Assembly: GCA_965221385.1 (NCBI GenBank)
Contig: OZ244885.1
Coordinates: forward strand, 2,709,314 to 2,773,313
Length of the DNA: 64,000 nucleotides
Source: Dehalococcoidia bacterium
GTDB lineage: Bacteria > Chloroflexota > Dehalococcoidia > Lucifugimonadales > UBA3495
Direction: 5' to 3'
In this document: positions 18,855 through 27,900 of the stretch, one piece after another
Layout: each line of letters starts with the position of its first letter
Position numbering within the stretch: the first letter of the stretch is position 1
Program-made: the position numbers and the translations under genes
Notes under the pieces: model-generated
What the model was told of the DNA's origin: nothing
Databases searched by the model: none
What the model saw: only the letters and a program-made list of their open reading frames with translations

Positions 18855-19340
18855 CTAGGCCCTCTCCCACGGGAATTGCTGCCAGGTGGAGTCGTTCAGG
18901 AAATAGGGTTCGGACTTCAGGTAGAAATCGGCCGTGAAACTGGAAGTGTGCCTGGTGTAGAGGACGGCGTAGCGAACGTCCAAAGAGTCGTTGGGAGGGC
19001 GACCAAACACCTGGTTTTGGATGCGGTGGAAGGCGCTGCCAGTGTCGTTGATTTCATCAACCACCAATATGCGCTGGTGACCATCCAACCGGTCCAGCAG
19101 GATGTCGTTGTAAATGAAGAAAATGGGGCAGTTAAAGTAGTGGCAAACGTGGGTCGCCGGCACCAGACCACCCCGAACCACGGCGACGACAGCGTCGGGC
19201 TGCCAGCCTTCGGGATTCCGCGCCACCAAATCGCAGAGGGCTTCAATGCCCCGACAGACTTCTGCATAGTCCACCACCCGCAACGGGGTGTCCTGCGGCC
19301 TTCGCGACGTATCGTGGACACTGGTTCCGTGGAAATTCAT
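18855..19340 (-). CDS. Phosphoribosyltransferase family protein (purine PRT-like)
   Basis: ILVVDEINDTGSAF PRPP-binding loop. Start set to ATG 19340 (MNFHGTS), just after the lgt stop at 19351. Confidence 0.72.
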   Translation of the reverse strand: MNFHGTSVHDTSRRPQDTPLRVVDYAEVCRGIEALCDLVARNPEGWQPDAVVAVVRGGLVPATHVCHYFNCPIFFIYNDILLDRLDGHQRILVVDEINDTGSAFHRIQNQVFGRPPNDSLDVRYAVLYTRHTSSFTADFYLKSEPYFLNDSTWQQFPWERA

Positions 19341-19350
19341 GGGCTGACTG

Positions 19351-20262
19351 CTACTCCCCTGCCGAACCGGCGCCGCTCTGATTGGCCGTTCCCCGCTGCC
19401 GGGGAGCGCGCACAAATTGAGCCTTGTACACTAGCAGCGGTACGGCGATTACGATAACCGCCAGCGAAACCAGCTGCGCTTCATTCAGGACGCCGCCAAA
19501 GTAGGTATTTTGCTCCACCCTCAGGAAACTGATGAAGAACCGGCCGATGGAGTAGAGGACGCCATACAATAGAAATACCATGCCGTGGGGACGCAAACGA
19601 TTGCGCAGGGGCCAAATGGCCGCAAAGATGATCAAGTCCATTATCAGTTCGTAGGCTACCGCCGGATGGCTGGCCGCCCGAAAGGCCCCGGGGCTGTCCA
19701 GGTGGGAGTAAACCACCCCCCAGGGCAGGTCGGTGAACTTGGCCCAGTGTTCACCATTGATAATGTCTCCCAGCCGTCCGATGGCCATGGCCAACAGCAG
19801 GGCCGGAGCCGCCACGTCGGCCAGGTGCCCCACACCGGGCAGGGGCGCCCGGTTGGGTTCGCCAGCAAAGCGCAGGCACTTGCCCCAAAAGCGCAGGAAC
19901 CAGTCGGAATTTCTTATGAGGATGTACCCAGCCCCGGCAAAGAATCCGCCGATGATTGCCCCGAAGATGGCTATGCCCCCCTGCCATACCATGAATATGC
20001 GCGCCGGGTCGGCGGAATATACTTCCCAGAAATCCACCACGTGCAGCAGACGGGCTCCAATGATGCCACCAATAATGCACCACACCGACACGGAAAGGAT
20101 GGCGTCTCCGTCCAAACCCTCCCGCCGCCCCCAGCGGACGGTCAGGATTACGGCTGTCGCCACGGCAACGAAGGTGAAGAACCCATGCCAGGACAGCAGA
20201 AAGGGGCCGAAGTCAATAATGTAGGGGCTCAGCGGGATGTTGATTGCGCCCATAATGTTCAT
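19351..20262 (-). CDS. lgt: Prolipoprotein diacylglyceryl transferase
   Basis: FGPFLLSWHGFF, GGIIGARL, GRLGDIINGEHWA and Y..GRFFISFLR motifs. Confidence 0.92.
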   Translation of the reverse strand: MNIMGAINIPLSPYIIDFGPFLLSWHGFFTFVAVATAVILTVRWGRREGLDGDAILSVSVWCIIGGIIGARLLHVVDFWEVYSADPARIFMVWQGGIAIFGAIIGGFFAGAGYILIRNSDWFLRFWGKCLRFAGEPNRAPLPGVGHLADVAAPALLLAMAIGRLGDIINGEHWAKFTDLPWGVVYSHLDSPGAFRAASHPAVAYELIMDLIIFAAIWPLRNRLRPHGMVFLLYGVLYSIGRFFISFLRVEQNTYFGGVLNEAQLVSLAVIVIAVPLLVYKAQFVRAPRQRGTANQSGAGSAGE

Positions 20263-20334
20263 GGGTTTCTTCTCACAGTATGGAAAGTAAAGATGATGGT
20301 CTCGAAAATGATCGCATGGAACATGGCGGCGGCG

Positions 20335-21213
20335 CTACTTCGCCGGCGGAACCGCCTTGGCCGCCGACTGGTATGTGCCGATGGTCTGTACAAAATACGC
20401 CTGCGCTGGGTAGGGTTGCAAGGCCCTGGTTACTGCCGCGTGTTCCAATTCTGTTGACGGCAGCAGAAATGTGGCGGGCCCAGTGCCGGTCAAGTTGGGT
20501 CGGCGGCCCGTGGCGCGCTCGATGGCTTGCATTATCTCCCCCAATCCTGGGAACTCCCGCACGGCCAGGTCATGGAAGGCGTTGTAAGGGAGGTCGTCGC
20601 TCCAGCAACCGGCCATGGAGTTTTGGACCAGGCGCCGGGTCACGCCGCCGTCGCTGTAGTGGAAGTTGCTCAGTTGCCGGTACATGTGGCTTGTCTTGTC
20701 CGAAACGGACTCCCCCGGACATACCAGGGTTAACGGCGCCCCTGCCCGGGTCGGTAGCGGTTCGATTACCTCCCCGCGGCCGGTAGCCAGGGCGCAGCCG
20801 CCCCAAAGGAAGAAGGGTACATCCGAGCCCAGCCGGGCTGCGATGACGGCCAATTCCCCCAGGGGCAGTTTCGTCCCCCACAGATCGTTCAGGGCCAGGA
20901 GGGCCGCCGCCGCGTCGCTGCTGCCCCCGCCCAGGCCCATGGCCAGGGGAATGTTCTTCCTGACCGTGATCTCTGCCAGGGGCAGGCGACCGGCAGCCCT
21001 CGCCAGTTCCGTAGCCGCTCGCCAAACCAGGTTGTTCTCTCCATCCAGTCCGGGAAGGTCGCACTCCACCCGCAGGGACGATGCGGGCTTGACCTCCAGT
21101 TCATCCCACAGGTCAATGGTCTGCATGACGCTGCGTATCTCGTGATAGCCGTCGTCTCGCCTTCCCAGTACTTCCAGGCAGAGGTTCAGCTTGGCATACG
21201 CCCTAACCCGCAA
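20335..21213 (-). CDS. ispE: 4-diphosphocytidyl-2-C-methyl-D-erythritol kinase
   Basis: AYAKLNLCLEVLGRRDDGYHEI and the GHMP motif IPLAMGLGGGSSDAAA. Start set to TTG 21213 after AAGGAGG. The ORF-track extension lies inside rsmA. Confidence 0.88.
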   Translation of the reverse strand: MRVRAYAKLNLCLEVLGRRDDGYHEIRSVMQTIDLWDELEVKPASSLRVECDLPGLDGENNLVWRAATELARAAGRLPLAEITVRKNIPLAMGLGGGSSDAAAALLALNDLWGTKLPLGELAVIAARLGSDVPFFLWGGCALATGRGEVIEPLPTRAGAPLTLVCPGESVSDKTSHMYRQLSNFHYSDGGVTRRLVQNSMAGCWSDDLPYNAFHDLAVREFPGLGEIMQAIERATGRRPNLTGTGPATFLLPSTELEHAAVTRALQPYPAQAYFVQTIGTYQSAAKAVPPAK

Positions 21214-22084
21214 CCCGATCCTCCTTGCCAACCCTTTCCCCGCTGCCAATGCCGGCAAATTCGTGGCTTTCGGCGACCCGGAACAGGGCCAGCCATTCCT
21301 CCAGGGCCAGGGTTTCCGCGCGCCGGCCGGCGTCCACGCCGGCGGAGGCCAGCAATTGGGCCACTTCGGGGCCGGGCCGGCCCAGGCCGTGGCCCAGGGA
21401 GTTGCGCAACTGCTTGCGGGGCGCGGAAAATCCCGCCCTGACCAGGCTGAAGAAGGACGGGGCCTCGTGCGGTGAAACGACGGGTTGGGGGAGAACATCC
21501 ATGCGCACCACCGCCGAATGCACCTTGGGCGATGGTCGAAAGGCCGCCGGCGGTACTTGGCAAACTATCCTGGCTTGGGCGTAAACCTGGGTGGCCACGG
21601 ACAACAGGGACATCTTCCCGGGGCTGGCCGTCATGCCCTCGGCAACCTCCCGCTGCACCATTACAACCATCCGGCTGGGCGGCCTGGGGGATTCAAGAAA
21701 ACGGCGAATGATGGGGTTGGCCGCGTAGTAGGGCAGGTTGGCCATTACCTTGTATTGCTCGGTGACTCCGAGGAATGGCGCCAAGTCCACGGTCCGGGCG
21801 TCGGCGGCCACAACCGTCAGGTTCTCCGGATTGCCCAGTCTGGCCGGCAGGGCCGAGGCCAGATCAGCATCCAGTTCGAGGGCCAGCAGGCGAGCGACCT
21901 GGGGAAGCAGCTTGCGGGTCAGCGCCCCCCTTCCCGGGCCAATTTCCACCACGAAGTCGTCGCCGTCCAAGTCTCCGGCGGCAAGTATCCTGCCCAGAAT
22001 GCGCTGGTCAACCAGAAAATATTGGCCGAGAGACTTTCGCGGTCCGGCGGGAGGGGGAAGGGATGATGGGGCGGTGGCAGTCAC
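21203..22084 (-). CDS. rsmA: 16S rRNA (adenine1518/1519-N6)-dimethyltransferase
   Basis: PRKSLGQYFLVD and VVEIGPGRGALT SAM motif. Start tentatively GTG 22084, because 22105-22385 is occupied by the SRP RNA. Confidence 0.85.
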   Translation of the reverse strand: MTATAPSSLPPPAGPRKSLGQYFLVDQRILGRILAAGDLDGDDFVVEIGPGRGALTRKLLPQVARLLALELDADLASALPARLGNPENLTVVAADARTVDLAPFLGVTEQYKVMANLPYYAANPIIRRFLESPRPPSRMVVMVQREVAEGMTASPGKMSLLSVATQVYAQARIVCQVPPAAFRPSPKVHSAVVRMDVLPQPVVSPHEAPSFFSLVRAGFSAPRKQLRNSLGHGLGRPGPEVAQLLASAGVDAGRRAETLALEEWLALFRVAESHEFAGIGSGERVGKEDRVAG

Positions 22085-22104
22085 GATGTATCGAAAGCAC
22101 CTCA

Positions 22105-22385
22105 GGTGAGAGACCGCGCACCCCCCGTTGACAGAGACCCATTGGACATTACCAGGGCTGCAACTCAAGCCAGGCATTCCCACGGCACCCGCAGGGACCT
22201 GCTTACCGTTGCTTCCTCTCGGACCTGGCGGGGTTCACAAGCCTGCGCCGCGTGGGACCCGGCCATCAACACTGCAAGCCTCGGCCAGTGGTCAACAGGT
22301 ACGGCCGAAGGGGGGAATTACACCCCGCTATAGCGGATTGCGGGTCGAGGGCACCGCTAGCTCCCCGTCTAGCACGGTCTCACCA
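22105..22385 (-). ncRNA. ffs: Signal recognition particle RNA, long (Bacillus-type, Alu + S domain) form
   Basis: The minus strand reads GGUGAGACCGUGCUAGACGGGGAGCUAGCGGUGCCCUCGACCCGCAAUCCGCUAUAGC, matching the Alu-domain 5' region of B. subtilis scRNA recalled from memory. It continues to GCCAGGUCCGAGAGGAAGCAACGGUAAGCAG (domain IV GGAA-type motif). The 5' GGUGAGACCG pairs with the 3' CGGUCUCUCACC. A promoter lies immediately upstream. Confidence 0.85.
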
Positions 22386-22388
22386 CAA

Positions 22389-22417
22389 ATGTTAGGGTAG
22401 TCCAGCTACCCTGTCAA
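22389..22417 (-). promoter_or_regulatory. Promoter of SRP RNA (TTGACA-N17-TAACAT)
   Basis: Consensus -35 element with 17-bp spacer. The -10 TAACAT ends 4-5 nt before the predicted 5' G of the SRP RNA. Confidence 0.6.
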
Positions 22418-22593
22418 CGCCGCCTCGCCAAATGGATGATTGGGCCCAGTCAAGGTTCACAGCCACTGGGAAAAGGGAAATATCCGTCTCGCGGTAAGGT
22501 GGCCGGGGCTGGGTGGCCGCCGCCCGGGCGCCGTCGCTGCCATGGGGAAGGTTGCCCCCTTGTGGCCCAAGTTGGCGCCCCTGTGAATCCGGG

Positions 22594-22602
22594 TGTTATC
22601 AT
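22594..22602 (+). promoter_or_regulatory. Extended -10 promoter candidate for galU (TGtTATCAT)
   Basis: Lies 25 nt upstream of GTG 22627. GGAGG RBS lies between them. Confidence 0.35.
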
Positions 22603-22626
22603 AGTTCTGGATAAACGGAGGCAAAC

Positions 22627-23505
22627 GTGCAGGTAAGAAAGGCCGTCATTCCCGCCGCAGGATTGGGTACCCGTTTTCTTCCCATCACCAAGTCGGTCCC
22701 CAAGGAGCTATTGCCCATCCTGGACCGACCCATGCTCCAGTACGTGGTGGAGGAGGCAGCCGAAGCCGGGATAGAAGAAGTAATCGTGGTCACTGCCCGG
22801 GGGAAGGAATCCATCGCCGCCTACTTTCAGCCCCGGCTCGACCTGGAAGAGCGGTTGGCGGAAACGGGAGAAACGGCCCTCCTGGCTTCCATCCAACACG
22901 CGTCCAGCCTGGCCCGGGTGTCCTTCGTCATTCAGGAAGAACCCAGGGGATTGGGCCATGCCGTCCTCACCGCCAGGGACGCCGTGGGGGATGAGCCGTT
23001 TGCTGTCATACTGCCGGACGACATCATAGACCATCAGCCGGGGGCGCTTTCCCAAATGCTGGCCGTGGCTGGGGAATACGGTGAAGGCGTGATTGCGGTG
23101 GAACCGGTCCCCTGGTCCTTGGTGCAAAGCTACGGCGTGGTGGAATCCGATGCCGTTGATTCCGGCATCCATAGGGTCAAGGACCTGGTGGAAAAGCCGG
23201 CCCTGGAGGCGGCCCCCTCCAACCTTGCCATCGTGGGTCGATATATTCTGCCACCGGAGATTTTCGACTGCCTGGAACATACCCCGCCCGGGGCCAAGGG
23301 GGAGATTCAGCTTACCGACGGCATACGGAGTCTCCTGCAGCATCGGGACGTCTATGCCTATGAGTTCCAGGGTGTTCGCCATGATGGGGGTTCGCCCCTT
23401 GGATTGCTCCGTGCTTCGCTGGAGTTTGCCCTGGCCAGGGAGGATACCCGACAGCCGGGGCGGGACTTGATTAGGCAATTGAACGAGCGGTTGAATTGCG
23501 AGTGA
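22627..23505 (+). CDS. galU: UTP--glucose-1-phosphate uridylyltransferase
   Basis: GTG start after GGAGG. KAVIPAAGLGTRFLPITKSVPKELLPI and LGHAV motifs. Confidence 0.92.
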   Translation: MQVRKAVIPAAGLGTRFLPITKSVPKELLPILDRPMLQYVVEEAAEAGIEEVIVVTARGKESIAAYFQPRLDLEERLAETGETALLASIQHASSLARVSFVIQEEPRGLGHAVLTARDAVGDEPFAVILPDDIIDHQPGALSQMLAVAGEYGEGVIAVEPVPWSLVQSYGVVESDAVDSGIHRVKDLVEKPALEAAPSNLAIVGRYILPPEIFDCLEHTPPGAKGEIQLTDGIRSLLQHRDVYAYEFQGVRHDGGSPLGLLRASLEFALAREDTRQPGRDLIRQLNERLNCE

Positions 23506-23521
23506 CGATCAGGAGCTCCCC

Positions 23522-24241
23522 ATGAACGCCAGCCCTGCCATTCCCAATAACACCTCTTCTCTCTTCTCCCATCGGAGCGTGGCACGATTGACCGCCGTTG
23601 CGATTGTCCTCTACGGCGTCTTCCAGGTGGCTACCATCGTTACCAGGCTGATGAGCGGCTCCGACCAGCCGGATGCGTTGGACGCCGCGGCCATGATTGC
23701 CGCAAACCATGGCTGGTACCTTGCCAGCAAGATATCGAACCTGGCAGCGGCGCTCTTTCTCCTGGTTGCCGCCGTGGGCATTTGTCGGGTGTTTCGGGAG
23801 TTGGACCCGTTTCTGTCGTTGGCGGCGGCAACCTTTCTGGGCGTGGCGGCGATCTTTTGGATGTTCTCCAGCATGATGGGACTGGCGGTGGCAGAGGTAG
23901 TCGGGGCAGCCACTGCCGCCGCCGGCGTCTTGACCGGTCAATCACCGGAAGTTGTAACCTTCCACGCCCTGGAACCGGTTCGGGCCATGGCCGGAAGGGT
24001 GGGATTCACCGCCGCCGCCCTCGGCCTCCTGCCATTGAGCGCCATTATCGGCCGGTGGAATATGTTGCCCCGATGGGTTCGTTGGTTTGGCTGGACCGGC
24101 TGGGTGGTCGCTGCTGCCATGTTCTTCATCTGGGATCCGGGGGCCACGGCGATGCACCGGCTGGGAGGCACGGGATTGCTGGTGTGGCTTTTGCTCCTGG
24201 CCGGCTTGCTCTGCTGGCGGAGCCCCTCCGGACATCGGTAA
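23522..24241 (+). CDS. Hypothetical polytopic membrane protein
   Basis: AGGAG RBS. About six hydrophobic helices. No family recognised by eye. Confidence 0.55.
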   Translation: MNASPAIPNNTSSLFSHRSVARLTAVAIVLYGVFQVATIVTRLMSGSDQPDALDAAAMIAANHGWYLASKISNLAAALFLLVAAVGICRVFRELDPFLSLAAATFLGVAAIFWMFSSMMGLAVAEVVGAATAAAGVLTGQSPEVVTFHALEPVRAMAGRVGFTAAALGLLPLSAIIGRWNMLPRWVRWFGWTGWVVAAAMFFIWDPGATAMHRLGGTGLLVWLLLLAGLLCWRSPSGHR

Positions 24242-24706
24242 CTTGGTCGGGAACTTGGCGAAGATGCTGAGATGCCTGGCGCTTAGCACGTCCGTGCAAC
24301 CGTTGGCTGGCGGCGGCGGGTGGCTTGCCAAGTTACGGTGGCCTGCCCAGATTCTACGTCGTAACTTGACAATAACTGCCCATTTCGGGAGTTTTTGACC
24401 TGAAAATGCCTAGAAATTCCTGGCAATGGTATTTACCATAAGTTGGCGTAACCTCCTCAAATTACCCTGATGAGGTGTCCATCAGGTAATCTCAGTCTTC
24501 CTCTGGAGAATTAATCGGTACCTTCCCGGCATAGTGGGAAGCGAATCTAGCTGGCGCCCCTGATCCATTCTAAAGCGCAACGATCCACAACTTCACGTCA
24601 GAACATCAGATAGATCAAAGTAGTGGGTAACAGGTGAAAATTCGGGAAAGACTTGCAATTGAAGGGCGCTTTTTCAGTTAATGGTTCACCCTGGTAAATG
24701 GGGAGA

Positions 24707-24737
24707 TTGCAAATAGTTCTGGAATGTGTGGTAACAT
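24707..24737 (+). promoter_or_regulatory. Promoter candidate for the giant gene (TTGCAA-N19-TGgTAACAT, extended -10)
   Basis: Lies in the AT-richer 650-bp upstream region. The -10 TAACATTT is the same as at the SRP RNA and tRNA promoters. The spacer is long, so this relies on the TGn extension. Confidence 0.3.
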
Positions 24738-24900
24738 TTAACTTGGAAAAGTGTATATCGCATGAAAGGGGTATCCTGGCTGTGCCGGCAGACGGCCTTC
24801 GAACCGATTGTGGCCAGAGGACATCTGACCCTGGTTTGATACTGTTGATTGGTCAAGCCATGCTCCTGCTTAATCCGAGGGTTGCCATGGGGTCACTTAG

Positions 24901-27900
24901 GTGACAAAGAGTCCTTACCCAGCCCTGGTGGTAATTGCCGTTCTTGCGGCTGTTGCATACCTCATTTTTGCCCTTCCCCTGAGGGCCGAGCAAACTGCGC
25001 CCGGCCTACCTCAGCCCCGCGGGCCCATGCAGGTTGCCGTCGACTATGACAGTGACGACGACGGACTGATTGATGTCGCCAATCTCGCCCAGTTGAACGG
25101 CATTCGTTGGGACCTGGATGGGGATGGCTCCGTTGATGATGCGCAGAACAGCGCGAATTACGCTGCCGCCTTCCCCAACGCAGCAAACGGTATGGGCTGC
25201 AACGAGGACGAGGCGCTGTTGGTTGACCGGGTGTGCGAGGGCTACGAGCTCACCGCCGACCTGAACTTCGATACCAACGATAATGGAATGGCCGATGCTG
25301 GCGACACCTACTGGAACGGTGGCGCGGGCTGGTTGCCCATTGGCGAATACGTGGACGGTACCAACGACCTGCCCTTCATGGCGAGGTTCGACGGGGGCCG
25401 CCACACTATCAGCAATCTGTTCATCAATCGTCCCAGCGCCGATGACGTGGGACTCTTCGGGTTTGCCCGCACTGGCAGCTCATTCCAGAAACTGGGCTTG
25501 GAAGATGTAGATGTGACCGGCGGCGAGGACACGGGTTCGTTGGCGGGTGATGTCCAGAATGGGTACATCAAGCACGTCTATGCCACCGGCGAGGTCGCCA
25601 ACAATAGCTCGTTCCCCAACGGCCCATACGCTGGCGGTTTGGTGGGGAAGCTCGCGGGCAGCGAATTATACGAGAGCTACACCGACGTAGAAGTTTCTTC
25701 CGACGGGTATTCAGGCGGACTGGTCGGCTACCTGTCGGTATTGTCCGACATCAGAGTCAGCTACGCATTAGGCGACGTGGAGGGGGAATACCACAGTGGC
25801 GGTCTGGTAGGTTTCATGCACGGCAGCGAGATAATCAACACCTACGCCACCGGAACCGTGACCGCCCTGGGTACGCAAAGTCCCGGCGGTTTTGTCGGTC
25901 ACGTCGATAGTGTTGAACTACGCAACAGCTACGCCGCAAACCAAGTTATGGGTCCTTTGGCCAGCTTACTGTTGGGAGTGGCCGGGTCCTGGAACTTCAA
26001 CGAACAGGTCGCCAGTGTGCATGAAGAAGTGTACTGGGACACGACCATCGGCCCTCAAACCAGTATCCTGGGTACGGGTCTAACCACTGCGGAAATGCAG
26101 TCTCCCGGACTTAACACGCACAACTTCTGGAGCGCCTCCATTTGGGACTTCGGGACAGCCAGCGAGTACCCGGTACTGAAAGCCGACCTGGACGGAGATG
26201 GCACGGCAACCTGGCAGGAATTCGGCGACCAGCGGCCTACCCAGACTCCTACCCCGACGCCCACGCCGACTTCGACTCCGACGGACACGCCGACACCGGT
26301 TCCGACGGACACGCCCACACCGGTTCCGACGGACACGCCGACACCGGTTCCGACGGACACGCCGACACCGGTTCCGACGGACACGCCGACACCGGTTCCG
26401 ACGGACACGCCGACACCGGTTCCGACGGACACGCCGACACCGGTTCCGACGGACACGCCGACACCGGTTCCGACGGACACGCCGACACCGGTTCCGACGG
26501 ACACGCCAACACCGGTTCCGACGGACACGCCGACACCGGTTCCGACGGACACGCCGACACCGGTTCCGACGGACACGCCAACACCGGCGCCGACAGCGGC
26601 GCCTACAGTCACGCCGGTACCCACTGCCACGCCAACGCCAACTACGCCGACCAGCGCCGACTTCACGCGGGAGGTTAAACGGGAGTACACGTGGCTGCGG
26701 GTTAGTTGGACACCGAGCCAGAGCGCCTTCCCCTTCACCCCTGGTGGTGGGACGACCCAGTTGTATGGAGTGAAGATAGTAACGCTGCCCTTGGAAGGGA
26801 CCCTGCGGCTGAGACCGGTATCCGGCTCTGGGGCATTGGAGAGGAACGTAATAGCGGACGAGACGGTGCCGGTGGAAGAGGTCCAGAGCGGCATTAACAG
26901 GAGAGGATTGGCGTACTACCCGCCCTCGGACGTGACCAGTTCTACATGGACCAGTTTCACATTCAAGGTGGTGGGTTCAAACAGTGGTGGATCTGGAACC
27001 CAGGTGGAGTCTGCTGCCACTTACACTGCCACCCTGACCTTCGATGATGAGATCATAGACTCGCGTCCGGTGTTCAACGCGTTGTCGATAGCAAAGCAGA
27101 CGTTCACAGTGGGACAGGCGGTGAACGACGAATTCGTGTGGTCGAACAGTGGCAACGGGAAGCTGAAGTACTCGATAACCCCAACATTGCCCAGTGGGTT
27201 GATCTACGACGGGGACGGTCCTGATGACAGTGGAGTGGACCAGGGACGGACATCAGCGCCCAGGTTCACGGGAACGCCGTTGGTGGCCTCGGCAGAGGCG
27301 ACGTACACGGTCAGGGTCGATGACACGGACAGCAACACCAGCGATGCGGACTCATTCTCGGTGAGTTTCCAGTTGGAGGTCCTGGCAGCGCCGACTCCGG
27401 TACCCACCGCCACACCGGTTCCGACGGACACGCCAACACCGGTTCCGACGGACACGCCCACCCCGGTTCCGACGGACACGCCCACCCCGGTCCCGACGGA
27501 CACGCCCACGCCGACGCCAACGGACACGCCAACACCGGTCCCGACGGACACGCCAACACCGGTTCCGACGGACACGCCGACACCGGTTCCGACGGACACG
27601 CCAACACCGGTCCCGACGGACACGCCCACCCCCACGCCAACCCTGGCGCCGACGGACACGCCCACGCCCACGCCCACCACGAGCCTGGACACCGACAAAG
27701 AGGCTTTGCGGGCTCTTTACAACGCAACCGACGGAGACAATTGGACGAACAACAGCGGGTGGGATTTCAACACACCCCTCAGCTCCGCCTGGCATGGGGT
27801 AACCGTAAGCAATGGGCGGGTAACCAAGCTGGAGCTTATAAACAATAGTCTGGACGGGTCGCTTCCCGCGAAGTTGGGTGACCTCTCCAAACTAGAGCTT

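Noticed and set aside
21214-21498. IspE ORF extension (387 aa in the ORF track).
   Set aside because: It lies in an alternative frame inside rsmA. IspE homology begins at RVRAYAKLNL, and a TTG with an AAGGAGG RBS sits at 21213.
22085-22183. rsmA ORF extension to ATG 22183.
   Set aside because: The region is occupied by the SRP RNA on the same strand. The conserved RsmA sequence starts well downstream.
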